Source: an uncultured Nitrospiraceae bacterium
Lineage (GTDB): Bacteria > Nitrospirota > Nitrospiria > Nitrospirales > Nitrospiraceae
Reading direction: 5' to 3'
Assembly: GCA_963730935.1 (NCBI GenBank)
Contig: CAVSTP010000003.1
Location: forward strand, 448,001-512,000
Length of the DNA: 64,000 bases
Shown here: piece after piece, positions 8,595-18,342 of the stretch
Position numbering within the stretch: position 1 is the stretch's first letter
Layout of the letters: each line of letters starts with the position of its first letter
Translations under genes and position numbers: made by a program
Notes under the pieces: generated by a model
The model's input: only the letters and a program-made list of their open reading frames with translations
Databases searched by the model: none
What the model was told of the DNA's origin: nothing

Positions 8595-8671
8595 TGGTGC
8601 CCCCGACACGAATTGAACGTGCGACCCGCGGTTTAGGAAACCGCTGCTCTATCCAACTGAGCTACGGGGGC
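8595..8671 (-). tRNA. tRNA-Arg(CCT)
   Basis: Reverse complement GCCCCCGTAGCTCAGTTGGATAGAGCAGCGGTTTCCTAAACCGCGGGTCGCACGTTCAATTCGTGTCGGGGGCACCA folds as a cloverleaf with CCA end. Confidence 0.96.
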
Positions 8672-8763
8672 GTGGCTTGAATTTAGCGCACTTACGCGAA
8701 TTGTGTCTAGCAGTTGAAGGTAGCCGAGTTGTCGATGTACGGATTTTTCGGTAATGTGCTCGT

Positions 8764-9245
8764 ATGAGAGTGATAAGGGGCCTTGCGGGGCTCACTGTTA
8801 CATTAGTCTCGATGTTCGGCTTGTTCTAGGCGAATGACGCTTCGGCGCTCGATAACCCCGAAAAGGTGATTGAGGAGACCTGCGAGCGTGACTGGTCCCA
8901 TAATTCACAAATGCGGGCGGCCTGCATCGAGCAGCAGTTGAGCGTACTCGAGAAATCCCGCTCGACGCCGCTTGATCCCGTCTACAGCAGGAGGATCCCT
9001 CGTTGATCCAGGAACGATGCGCGAGAAATTGGCCTGACGACGTCCGCATGCGGCTCCAATGCCAACAGCAAGAGATCCGAGCGTTTCAGAAGCTGCAAGG
9101 TCCTCCGCCGAAGGGCGTCACCTTGAAGGATTATTCGGTAGCAATTGCGCAATGCTCCAAGGACTGGCCCGACGATTTCCGGCAGCGCGCGCGCTGTATG
9201 GACCAGCAGATTGCGGGAAAGCGCAAAGACCAGGAACGCGACTAG
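8764..9245 (+). pseudogene. Disrupted gene for a secreted protein with three C-x3-W...R-x2-C repeats
   Basis: ATG 8764 opens a signal peptide; in-frame TAG 8827-8829; one-base frameshift near 8978 separates repeat 1 from repeats 2-3 (ORF 9003-9245). Confidence 0.7.
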
Positions 9246-10639
9246 TTCCGGGCGTTGGAGCGTGGAGGGGACGAAGAGTCTTCTCCACCGGGCGACAACA
9301 GGGCGGTGCGCGTCGGTATCTGCTTCAGCAGATCGGCGCGGATTTGATAGACGCCGGGGAGCCGGTGGCCCATGGCAAAGGCCAATCCGTTGGTCTGGTC
9401 GCCGATCAACAGTTTACCCACCAGTTTGCCGTCCTTTCCCGTCGCCAGAAATTCCGCGGACGGGTTCACGAGGCCATAAGGAGCCAACGGACCAGGCTGC
9501 TTGACCACCCGCTCCTCTGCCGGAACAGCCACGACCCGGCTCACAAATAGATTCGCAGTTTGTTGATCCATGTGCTCCGTCGGGCGGTCTTCCAACACCC
9601 ATTCCCCGTTCTGGTTGATAAGGGTATAGGTCTCGGCGTGCGTCTTGACGTTCAGCATCGCAATATCGGTGTCCTCGGCGCCCAGGAGGCGCTTGTCCTG
9701 AAGGTGATACAGTTCTTTGGTGAAGTCTTTGACGAACGTGGGGTTGATTCGATAGAGCGGCGCATCAGGTGCGGTTTCGGCGAAGGCTTCGCCGCTTGAC
9801 GGATCAGGCTGATACAGCTTGACGGTCTGGTCTCCCTCGGACGCATGCAAGGTGATTTTCACTTTGGCTTGTTTCAACGTTTTGGCCAGCGCGTCTCGGC
9901 CGGGCCCCGGATCGACGATGCCCATGGCCTTCAGATCCTCCAGGCGAAACAAGAGCATTCGGACCTCATTGAGGTCAGCTTCCGCTTCCACGGGGTACCG
10001 GATTTTCCATTTGGGTTTCGGTTTGTCGCTGACGCGATACAGAACGACCTCGGTGGTTGGATAGGTTAACCGAACTCGATCGATCTCCCCCGACATGACG
10101 TGCAGAATGTCCTTCCTGCGAAAGGTCATCAGCGATTTATTCACAAAATCCTTCGGGGCGAGATCGGTCAACAACACAGCATGATCCGAGGTCCGAAGCA
10201 CATAGAGCGTTGAGGACAGCGGACCGGTATCGCCAATGAGGAGGGTCTCTTCCATTGAGCCGCCCTTCATGGTGACGGCGGCCACTGGCTTCTCGAGTCC
10301 GAATGGAGCGAGTGTCGATGGATTCTCCTCGACCACCCGATGGACGGATCCCAACACGATGGCTCTGATCAGGCTGTGAAGTTCGCGAATGTCCGCCTCG
10401 GTGCGGATCGGCTTGATCAGCGTCCACCCCTTGTCCGCATGCCGTTCAAAGACCAGTTCTTCGCGATCGTTTTTGAAGCTCAGCGAGGTGATCGCCTGTT
10501 CCTCCACAGTGACCACTCTCTTTTTGGCGGACTCCTGTTGTTCCTGCGACTGTTTGGCGGGAAATTCCACGAGATATAGATAGAGCCCGAGCGCCGCGAG
10601 CACGAGCGCCATTACCGCTGTCGGCCAATAACGATTCAT
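9242..10639 (-). CDS. DUF4340 domain protein (accessory to the Gld-like ABC system)
   Basis: N-terminal TM helix; repeated W.....P....AD / LAPFGLEKP / LAPYGLVNP motifs; operon position. Confidence 0.85.
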   Translation of the reverse strand: MNRYWPTAVMALVLAALGLYLYLVEFPAKQSQEQQESAKKRVVTVEEQAITSLSFKNDREELVFERHADKGWTLIKPIRTEADIRELHSLIRAIVLGSVHRVVEENPSTLAPFGLEKPVAAVTMKGGSMEETLLIGDTGPLSSTLYVLRTSDHAVLLTDLAPKDFVNKSLMTFRRKDILHVMSGEIDRVRLTYPTTEVVLYRVSDKPKPKWKIRYPVEAEADLNEVRMLLFRLEDLKAMGIVDPGPGRDALAKTLKQAKVKITLHASEGDQTVKLYQPDPSSGEAFAETAPDAPLYRINPTFVKDFTKELYHLQDKRLLGAEDTDIAMLNVKTHAETYTLINQNGEWVLEDRPTEHMDQQTANLFVSRVVAVPAEERVVKQPGPLAPYGLVNPSAEFLATGKDGKLVGKLLIGDQTNGLAFAMGHRLPGVYQIRADLLKQIPTRTALLSPGGEDSSSPPRSNARN

Positions 10640-12163
10640 CTAGAGGCGACGGCGTTTGCGCCACACATTCACACCGGCGACGAGCACCACGGCGGGCAGG
10701 AAGAACACCTGCACGTACAGCAGCGTGCGTTCTTGAATGGGGTTCGGGACGAACGGCCGCACGGACTGCTCTCTTGGGCTAATGGCAATCATGTCTCGAT
10801 CCTGGGCCAACCAGGCGGCCGTGTGGAGAAAAAAGTCGCTGTTGCCTGGAAAGTTCACGAACGCATTGCTCGCGAACGTCGAGTTCCCGATGACGACGAT
10901 GGCCGGGTGGGGTTTCCCCTCGACAGGAGGCGTTCTCGGTGCGAGCGCGGCAGCCATGGGCAGCGGACCTTTGATGTCCGCTTTCTCGTCGAGGGCGATG
11001 ATGCGACCACTGGCCTTCATCACTGCCCGGCTGTTAGGGGACGTCCTGGCGAGCTGAACAAAGTCCCAATCCTTCCCCACCTGCTCATCGAACGTGACGT
11101 GGCGAGCCAAAGGAAACAAGACGGCGGCGGTCAGATCCTGTGTAATCTCATGCTCGGTAAAGGTTCGGACGAGTAAGACGGTGGGTTCGCCCTGCGCAAG
11201 ACGGTCTTGAAAGTCTACCAATACACCAGGACCGAACCCGACTCCCCAATGCTTCAAGAGGGGATTGAGCTCCGCTTGGGTCTCGGGATCGACCATCAGC
11301 AAAAGATGTCCGCCTTTTTCGACATACGCATGAATGCGGTCTAATTCCTCCGGGGTCATCGGCTTCCGGGGGCCGGCGATGGCCAAGATGGACGTGTTGT
11401 TGGGAACGGCGGTCTGGGTGAGGAGACTCAAAGTGCTGACCTCGTAGCCCTGCTTAGTCAAAATTTCTTTGGCCATCGAGAATCCTGTCCGGTCGCGATT
11501 GTCCGTGCTGGGTTCCCCGTGTCCCTCCAGAAAGAGAATGCGCTTCTTGTCGTCTTTCGAGACGCGGATGAGGGCGCCGGTCAATTCGGCTTCTGACGGA
11601 TTGGTCACGCGAACGGTTTGAGCACCGCTTTCGAAGACGGCCGTGTCGCTCCTTGTGATGCCATAACTCTGTGCGACTTTCGGTTGCCGCTCCGGGTCCA
11701 CGAACTCCACGGCGATCTTAGCGCTGGCTTGCCTATAGCTATCCAGCCGCTCTTTATAGGGCTGATAGCCGGGGTCCTTCTCGCGCGTGAAGACGGTGAT
11801 TTTCACTTCGCGAGGCAGACTTCTGATCGCTCGGTGGGTCTGCGGCGCTAATGAGAAATTCTGATTTTCTGACAGGTCCCAGCGAAGGGAGTGGCGTGCC
11901 GCAAGAAAATTCAAAATGGAGAGGATGCCGATGAACAAGAGCACCATGAACAGGCTGTTGGCGCCCATTCGTGTCGAACGGCGGGACGACACAGCCTTGA
12001 CGGTGTCGGCATGAACAATAAAAAAGAGAATCAGGCAGATGAGCGCCGCTCCCTCGATTGCCGTCACGATCCCGAGGTGTTCCGGCGAGAAGTGGTACCC
12101 GATCATGCCTGCGAGCGCCAACGATAGGCCGATGACGCCGAAGGGAATCGTTTTCAAGCTCAT
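10640..12163 (-). CDS. GldG-family ABC transporter auxiliary component
   Basis: RWDLSENQNFSL, FVDPE, ILFLEGHGE, YVEKGGHLLLMVDP, GNSDFF motifs. Confidence 0.88.
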   Translation of the reverse strand: MSLKTIPFGVIGLSLALAGMIGYHFSPEHLGIVTAIEGAALICLILFFIVHADTVKAVSSRRSTRMGANSLFMVLLFIGILSILNFLAARHSLRWDLSENQNFSLAPQTHRAIRSLPREVKITVFTREKDPGYQPYKERLDSYRQASAKIAVEFVDPERQPKVAQSYGITRSDTAVFESGAQTVRVTNPSEAELTGALIRVSKDDKKRILFLEGHGEPSTDNRDRTGFSMAKEILTKQGYEVSTLSLLTQTAVPNNTSILAIAGPRKPMTPEELDRIHAYVEKGGHLLLMVDPETQAELNPLLKHWGVGFGPGVLVDFQDRLAQGEPTVLLVRTFTEHEITQDLTAAVLFPLARHVTFDEQVGKDWDFVQLARTSPNSRAVMKASGRIIALDEKADIKGPLPMAAALAPRTPPVEGKPHPAIVVIGNSTFASNAFVNFPGNSDFFLHTAAWLAQDRDMIAISPREQSVRPFVPNPIQERTLLYVQVFFLPAVVLVAGVNVWRKRRRL

Positions 12164-12927
12164 TTCCACCTCGTCGAATCCACGACGCGGTGAGTGAGAA
12201 ACAGCATGAGCACGAGCGCGCTGACGAAATAGACCAGATCTCGTGTGTCGACGAGTCCGCGGACGAGATGGTCATAATGCTCCATAAACGACAGGTAGGA
12301 AATGATTTGTCCCGCCGTCGTATCGCCAAGCAGGGAGCCGACGCCGGCTAAGAGCCAGAGAAAGAGCAGCAGGCCGAAGCTGACAAAGGCCGCGACGATT
12401 TGGTTTTCGGTCAACGCGGAGGCAAGGACACCGACGGACAGAAACAGCGCACCCAGCAATGCGAGACCCAAATAGCCCGTCAGGATCGGATACCAATCGA
12501 AATCGCTGAACAGGGCAAGTGTGAGGGGTATGAGACCCGTGAGGCCCAACAGGCCGAGAAACAACAAGAATGCGCTCACGAATTTTCCCGCGACGATCTC
12601 GTTTAGGCCGATCGGAGAGGTCATGAGCAATTCGAACGTCCGCAGTTTCTTCTCCTCGGCGAACAGCCGCATGGTGAGAATCGGCAGCACGATCAGCAGA
12701 ACGAATCGGATGCTGCTGAAAAGATTTCGAAACACCAAGTCGTTGAGATTGATTTGGGCTTGGCCCTGGACCTGCATCAACTGGATCGCTTGAGCGCCGG
12801 TGAAGACAATATAGATGTATGCGAGCAGGCCGACGATCAGGAGAAATACTGCTCCCACCACGTACACGACCGGCGAGACGAAGTACGAACGTAATTCCTT
12901 GGCCACGAGGGTATTCACCGGCGTCAT
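12160..12927 (-). CDS. ABC-2 type permease (GldF-like)
   Basis: KELRSYFVSP, LTMRLFAEEKKLRTFELLMTSP, SALTENQIVAA. Confidence 0.9.
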   Translation of the reverse strand: MTPVNTLVAKELRSYFVSPVVYVVGAVFLLIVGLLAYIYIVFTGAQAIQLMQVQGQAQINLNDLVFRNLFSSIRFVLLIVLPILTMRLFAEEKKLRTFELLMTSPIGLNEIVAGKFVSAFLLFLGLLGLTGLIPLTLALFSDFDWYPILTGYLGLALLGALFLSVGVLASALTENQIVAAFVSFGLLLFLWLLAGVGSLLGDTTAGQIISYLSFMEHYDHLVRGLVDTRDLVYFVSALVLMLFLTHRVVDSTRWK

Positions 12928-13925
12928 GACGGCACACCTGTGTTGTCCTCTCTCACCGCAAGAGCGGGCCCTGCCGCCGCGTCGGAGTCCTGTGCCAGCC
13001 CTTCTTCGTGCCTGGTCAGTTTGAGGAACACGTCTTCCAACGTCATGGAAATCAATTTGAGTTCGATGAGCCCCCAGTTGTTGGTCACAGCCAGCCGCGC
13101 AATGTCTTCCCTGATGTCTTTGCCCAGGTGGCTTTCAAGTAAAAAATGTCCTGTCGGCCCGTTCGCGTGCACATCAAGCACGCCGTCGACTTGGCGGAGC
13201 CGCGCTTCGGCGTTCCCGGGCGGCCGAGTCAGGGTCAGGGCGATCTTTTCCGAATGGCGCAGTCGGGTGGACAATCGGTCAGGGGTGTCCTCGGCGACAA
13301 TGCGCCCACCGCTGATGATGACGACGCGTTGGCAGACCGCGGTGGCTTCAGGGAGAATGTGAGTGCTCAAGATCACGGAATGCGATCCTGCCAGGCTTTT
13401 GATCAATTCCCGGATCTCGATGATCTGTTTGGGGTCGAGGCCGACGGTCGGCTCGTCTAAAATCAGCACGGGTGGATCGTGGATGAGCGCTTGCGCAAGA
13501 CCGACGCGCTGGCGGTAGCCGCGCGAGAGGTTGCCGATCAATCGGTGTTGCACAGAGCCCAGACCCAATCGTTCGATTTCACGCGACATGGCGGCGGTGA
13601 GCATGGCGCCGGCCAACCCACGGAGCCGGCCGACGAAGCGAAGATATTCATCGACCGTCAGTTCCTGATAGACCGGCGGCGTTTCCGGCAAGTAGCCGAT
13701 CCGTCGCTTGACGTCCATGGATCGCTCGAGGCAGTCATAGCCGGCCACGGTGGCCCGGCCTTCAGTCGGCGGTATGAAGCAGGTCAGGATGCGCATCGTC
13801 GTCGTTTTTCCCGCCCCGTTGGGGCCGAGAAAGGCCAACACTTCGCCCTTGGCGACGGAAAATGTCACTTGGTCGATCGCAGTGTGTTGGCCGTAACGTT
13901 TGGTGATCTGTTGAACGTCAATCAT
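12924..13925 (-). CDS. ABC transporter ATP-binding protein (GldA-like)
   Basis: Walker A GPNGAGKT, signature LSRGYRQR, Walker B ILDEP. Confidence 0.95.
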   Translation of the reverse strand: MIDVQQITKRYGQHTAIDQVTFSVAKGEVLAFLGPNGAGKTTTMRILTCFIPPTEGRATVAGYDCLERSMDVKRRIGYLPETPPVYQELTVDEYLRFVGRLRGLAGAMLTAAMSREIERLGLGSVQHRLIGNLSRGYRQRVGLAQALIHDPPVLILDEPTVGLDPKQIIEIRELIKSLAGSHSVILSTHILPEATAVCQRVVIISGGRIVAEDTPDRLSTRLRHSEKIALTLTRPPGNAEARLRQVDGVLDVHANGPTGHFLLESHLGKDIREDIARLAVTNNWGLIELKLISMTLEDVFLKLTRHEEGLAQDSDAAAGPALAVREDNTGVPS

Positions 13926-14143
13926 AGAAACGGATCAATGAACTCGGTGCTCTGGATGGGATCGGGGGTCCGCGGCGGGCGTCTACTCGCCATTCTTTAC
14001 ATGTGCTTGCTCGGCATCTTACTCATGAGAATGGAGGCAGTCAACCACCCCTGGGTGGTCTGCGCAGCTTTACATGGGTGACTTGGTCCTGGTAGAGTCC
14101 CGCTCGGTCACGCCAACGCCTCCTCTAGAATCATATCGACATC

Positions 14144-14479
14144 ATGAAATGTCGTATTTGGCTCACGATCTGGGCTGTTTCCCTGTCCCTCTGTTTGGTT
14201 GCCGTGGAGGTACAGGCCGGTACGGGCAGCAGGTATAAGGTCCAAGGCACGGTGGTCGCTATCACGCTCACACAGACGCCCCCATTGATCGTGGTGAAGA
14301 CTCCCCTGGGCCCCAAAAATCATATGACGGTTGGAGCCACAGTCACCGCCCAGACAAAGATTCTGCGGGGGAAAAAGCGGATCGCGCTCAATACGATTCG
14401 AGAGGGGGAAGTCGTTTGGCTGACCTATGTGAAGGCGCCTGGAGGAGTGCTTGCGGAAATTATCCGGGTGGGGGCTTAA
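14144..14479 (+). CDS. Small secreted basic protein, probably OB-fold-like
   Basis: Signal peptide; VQGTVVAI...TKILRGKKRIALNTIREGEVVWLTY pattern. Confidence 0.65.
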   Translation: MKCRIWLTIWAVSLSLCLVAVEVQAGTGSRYKVQGTVVAITLTQTPPLIVVKTPLGPKNHMTVGATVTAQTKILRGKKRIALNTIREGEVVWLTYVKAPGGVLAEIIRVGA

Positions 14480-14691
14480 CACGATGACTGGGGGGTGTGC
14501 CTTGCCTTTAGATGGGAAATATTCCCGTCGTTCGATAGCGCATTCCCGCCACCGGTACGCAGGTTGTTCACTTCATACCAAGGTAGGGGCGTAGTCTACG
14601 GTCGCGGTATTGTTCACTGCTCGGTTCGGGCTTACCGTGGACCTTATCGGCGAGGTGTCCGCGGTCCTGTCAGATCAACCGAGCACTACAG

Positions 14692-15330
14692 GTGTTGACA
14701 ATGACAAACTATACTTCGCGATCGAATCAGGCGGTATTCTGCACCCTTACTGTTGCCGGTATGCTGTTGGGCGCCTGTTCCTGGACTCCAAAAGGGGAGG
14801 CCCAATTTGACGTCGGGATCAAGGACCGTGGCGTGGCCTCCTGGTATGGCGAGCAGTTTCATGGCAGGCAGGCAGCCAACGGCGAAATATTCGACATGGA
14901 AGCGCTGACCGCCGCACACCGGACGATGCCCCTTGGCAGCATCGTACGGGTGGTTAACCTCTCGAACGGTAAGCACCTCCATGTGCGCATTACCGATCGG
15001 GGCCCGTATGTCAATGGCCGCATACTCGATCTCTCCCACGCTGCGGCCGTGCAACTGGGAATGGACCATGAGGGTACTGCCCACGTCCAGATTGAGATCG
15101 TCGGGCAACGGCGTCCGGAACTGTTGCAGTATTCAGAAGCCACATCGGGACGGGCTTCATCGCTGTTGATCGAGAAGACGGTGGCCGACCGTCCGACGCC
15201 GCTCATGACCTCGTGGCTGCGCGTGCTTCCTAGCGATGTATGGCTTACCCGCCGAATTCGTCGTGTTCCTGCGATGCTTGCCGCTGATCACACCGCTCAT
15301 GCGGAAGTTGCCACTCTCGCCTTGGCCTAA
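14692..15330 (+). CDS. rlpA: Septal ring lytic transglycosylase RlpA family lipoprotein
   Basis: Lipobox LGAC; GVASWYG..FHGR..ANGE.FDM..LTAAHRTMPLG; DRGPY..GRILDLS. Confidence 0.92.
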   Translation: MLTMTNYTSRSNQAVFCTLTVAGMLLGACSWTPKGEAQFDVGIKDRGVASWYGEQFHGRQAANGEIFDMEALTAAHRTMPLGSIVRVVNLSNGKHLHVRITDRGPYVNGRILDLSHAAAVQLGMDHEGTAHVQIEIVGQRRPELLQYSEATSGRASSLLIEKTVADRPTPLMTSWLRVLPSDVWLTRRIRRVPAMLAADHTAHAEVATLALA

Positions 15331-15357
15331 GGACGTCCTTCTCGCGTCTCCTTCGGG

Positions 15358-15387
15358 TTGACAGTGCGCGAAGTGCTCCACTAGACT
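15358..15387 (+). promoter_or_regulatory. Sigma-70 promoter candidate
   Basis: TTGACA-18 bp-TAGACT about 60 nt upstream of ATG 15448. Confidence 0.55.
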
Positions 15388-15447
15388 GTCTTTTCTTGGC
15401 CGACATTGACGAGGCCGACTTCAGACAGACGACCACGAGGGAAACGC

Positions 15448-15666
15448 ATGGCAAAAAAGCAGACCGCCGAATCCGACGAATCCAGATTAAAAAAGAACAT
15501 CGCCCAAAAACTCGCCAATCACTCCAATCCGGAAGCGGATGCCAGCATGCGGTCTTTGCGCAAGCGGTTGAAGCGCGAGCAACGCAGACGGCGGGCATTG
15601 GCGCTGAGGCGGAAGCACGCCGGCGGGAATAAACCGGCTGAGGCTGCTGCACCGGCGGCGGGATAA
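15448..15666 (+). CDS. Small Arg/Lys-rich hypothetical protein, 72 aa
   Basis: GAGG upstream of ATG; MAKKQ...RSLRKRLKREQRRRRALALRRK. Confidence 0.7.
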   Translation: MAKKQTAESDESRLKKNIAQKLANHSNPEADASMRSLRKRLKREQRRRRALALRRKHAGGNKPAEAAAPAAG

Positions 15667-15692
15667 GAAGCAGCAGTTGAAGGAACAGTGCC

Positions 15693-16523
15693 ATGGATGA
15701 AGTACGCAACGAAGAGCAGCAGCAGACGCACGGCGACGCCGGCCTCGCAAGTGATGAAGTAGCGGACAAGGTGTCGGCGGAATTCACGGGCGATCAGACT
15801 CCCACCACGGATCTCCCCGGCGAGCAGGCCGAACCGGTCATGCTCGAAGAGGAAAAAGTCAAAGACGAGATCGATATCCAAATCGATCTGTTGAAGGATC
15901 AGGATTGGGTTGTGCGGCGTGAAGCGGCGATCACCCTAGGGGAAATGGGCGACGAACGCTGTGTCGAGCCGCTTTGCAAGGCGCTCTACGATGGCGATTG
16001 GCAGGTCCGTGAGGTGGCCGTTGAAGCGCTGGGGCAAATTGGATCGCCGGCCGTCGAGATGCTGATCAAGATGGTGCGGGATTGGGATGTCCGTAAGTAT
16101 GTCATCATGGCGTTGGGGAAAATCCGCGATGAGCGCGTCCTGGATCCGCTCATGCTTCAGCTGCGGAGCGATGAATTCAAAGACGATGCGACCAATGCGC
16201 TGGTCGAATTGGGGGAGCCGGCCCTTGAGCGCCTGGTCAAAGCCTTAAAAGACAAAGATGAAATGGTGCGAAAGCAGGCCGTCCTGGCGCTGGGACGGAT
16301 CAAACACGGCGGCGCCGTGGATCCATTGATTGAAATGCTTGCCGATGCCGATTGGTTCACCCGGCTTACCGCCGCGGCAGCGCTTGAGGCGATCGGCGAT
16401 CCCCGCGGGCGCGACGCGATCAAGCCGTTGACCAAAGATCCCGATCTGGTCGTTCGGATGAGGGTCGAGCGAATCCTGGTGAAGTGGAAGAAGCAGCCCG
16501 CCGGCTCGGTTTCGATGAACTGA
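15693..16523 (+). CDS. HEAT/PBS-lyase-like repeat protein, cytoplasmic, acidic N-terminus
   Basis: Repeats of L.D.DW.VR..A..ALG.IG. Confidence 0.9.
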   Translation: MDEVRNEEQQQTHGDAGLASDEVADKVSAEFTGDQTPTTDLPGEQAEPVMLEEEKVKDEIDIQIDLLKDQDWVVRREAAITLGEMGDERCVEPLCKALYDGDWQVREVAVEALGQIGSPAVEMLIKMVRDWDVRKYVIMALGKIRDERVLDPLMLQLRSDEFKDDATNALVELGEPALERLVKALKDKDEMVRKQAVLALGRIKHGGAVDPLIEMLADADWFTRLTAAAALEAIGDPRGRDAIKPLTKDPDLVVRMRVERILVKWKKQPAGSVSMN

Positions 16524-16527
16524 CCGG

Positions 16528-16983
16528 TTACCTGCTCAGTTCACTGTCCAGATTCTGCTGCAGTTCCGTCAGTTTCCGAAGGGGCACCGGTTTCCCCATC
16601 GTCAATTCCAGCCGCATTTCCTGCAGTTGCCCTACCAGTCCCCGCATTGCCTGCGTCTGATCACTGGGCTTCGCGCCTTTCATGGCGCTTTCCAACGCAT
16701 CCACACCCTCGGCGAGCTGTTTGGCCGCCTCCCCGAAATTCTTGTCGACCAGCTCCGACTTCGCCTGCACCACTCGTGATTTCGTATCCAGGAGCGCTTG
16801 CCTCCTGCGAAGATCGCGCTCAATGCCCATGGTGGTATCGACCACGTTCCTGGACATGTCCTTTAACGAATGTTGGAGGTCACCCACCGTTTCTTGAAGG
16901 GTGCCCACCGGGCGCTGCCCGAAATAGTACCCCAGCGCAAACGAAGCGAGGGTAAGTACCAGAACGCCAGTAAATTTCCACAT
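16528..16983 (-). CDS. Membrane-anchored helical/coiled-coil hypothetical protein
   Basis: N-terminal hydrophobic helix ending GYYFG; abuts the upstream HEAT gene. Confidence 0.75.
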   Translation of the reverse strand: MWKFTGVLVLTLASFALGYYFGQRPVGTLQETVGDLQHSLKDMSRNVVDTTMGIERDLRRRQALLDTKSRVVQAKSELVDKNFGEAAKQLAEGVDALESAMKGAKPSDQTQAMRGLVGQLQEMRLELTMGKPVPLRKLTELQQNLDSELSR

Positions 16984-16985
16984 GA

Positions 16986-18314
16986 CTATCCTTTCCGTCC
17001 TCTGCCGGACGAGGACTTTGCGGCGGAGTTCAGCTGATGGAGCAGACTCCCGGCCGCGGTAATGCGGACCGCTGGATCCGAGTCATGGAGACCTTTTTTG
17101 ATCATAGACAGTACGGGCAGGGAGAGTTTTCCCAAGGATTTGGCCGCGTAGAGACGCGGTTGGGGTTGCTGATCTTGGAGGAGCGTCTGGAGGATAGAGA
17201 GCGCTTGTTTGTCGGATGCTGCGCCCAGGGCCTGAGCCGCGGAGGCCCGCACAGACGGATCTGGATGACGTGCAAGGTCGGTCGCCACGAGAACCGCACT
17301 GTGGTCGCCCAATCGTAGGAGCCCTTCGACCGCGCTGGCTCTGACCTGCATGGACGCATCACGTGTTAATGCATGAAGGAGCGGACGCGAGTCTTTGGTG
17401 CCGACGCGGCCCAGACTGGCGGCCGCAACTGCTCTCACGCGAGCGTGCTCATCTCCGAGTGCATGCGTGAGAGGGGCCACCGCACCTGGCTGGCCGAACT
17501 CACCCAACGCACCTGCGGCGAATGCCCGTACGGGCGGTTCCGGATCATACACACCTTGGCTGAGCACACTGAGACTGGAGGGACGTTTCAGCCGGCCCAG
17601 GACCCCGAGTGCAGCCATTCGCGTCTCGGGGTCCGGCAACGTAGCTGCTCCGATGATATCGGCCAGCATGCCCTGTTTGCCGAGTCTGTACAGGGCGGCA
17701 TAAGCAAAGACGCCTTCAGGCCCATCCTCTGTTCTCGCCACCTCGATCAATTGCGGCATGATGTCGGCCACCTGTGCTTCGCTCAGCGCATTCATCGCTG
17801 CAATACGTACCGAGGCTGAGTCATCTTGAAGTGCACGCCGCAAGGGTTGCGATTTAGCGGCAAGCCCTGCCCGTGCAAGCGCTTCGATGGCCCGTGCGCG
17901 CACGATGGGTGAGCTGTCCAACAAGCCACCCTCTAAGAGAGGATGCTGGTCCGGCAGGCTCAAGTCCGCAAGCGAGCTGTACGCGGCAATGCGAAGGTGT
18001 TCCCTGGTGTCGCGCACATAGGCGCTGAGGAAACTGATGCTCAATGGGCGCAGCAGGGCCGGATCGTCAACCTGGGCGGCTTTGACGAGCCGTTCATATA
18101 TTTCGAGCCCTTTCTCGGGTCGGCCAAGTTTGGTCGCGCTTTGCACGGCCAGCCGAAGCAGCGCTTTTGACGGAGTGACTTCAGAAGATTCCAGAGGTAG
18201 GAGTTGCAATACTGCGTTGTAGTCGGCACGGCTGAAGGCTTCGGTCGCTTCTCGTTCCAGGGAAGCCTCCGTGGCGGCCACGGTGTGAGAGGGGACCGCG
18301 AAGGCGAGCAGCAT
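16986..18314 (-). CDS. HEAT repeat protein, probably exported; start uncertain
   Basis: Multiple L.D....VR..AA.ALG repeats. Confidence 0.88.
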   Translation of the reverse strand: MLLAFAVPSHTVAATEASLEREATEAFSRADYNAVLQLLPLESSEVTPSKALLRLAVQSATKLGRPEKGLEIYERLVKAAQVDDPALLRPLSISFLSAYVRDTREHLRIAAYSSLADLSLPDQHPLLEGGLLDSSPIVRARAIEALARAGLAAKSQPLRRALQDDSASVRIAAMNALSEAQVADIMPQLIEVARTEDGPEGVFAYAALYRLGKQGMLADIIGAATLPDPETRMAALGVLGRLKRPSSLSVLSQGVYDPEPPVRAFAAGALGEFGQPGAVAPLTHALGDEHARVRAVAAASLGRVGTKDSRPLLHALTRDASMQVRASAVEGLLRLGDHSAVLVATDLARHPDPSVRASAAQALGAASDKQALSILQTLLQDQQPQPRLYAAKSLGKLSLPVLSMIKKGLHDSDPAVRITAAGSLLHQLNSAAKSSSGRGRKG

Positions 18315-18342
18315 GCAGATGAGGGAGATCAGCGATTCATCC

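Noticed and set aside
8821..8835. In-frame TAG as possible pyrrolysine or stop-codon readthrough
   Set aside because: The same gene also has a frameshift, many genes here end in TAG, and no pyl genes are visible; decay or sequence error is simpler.
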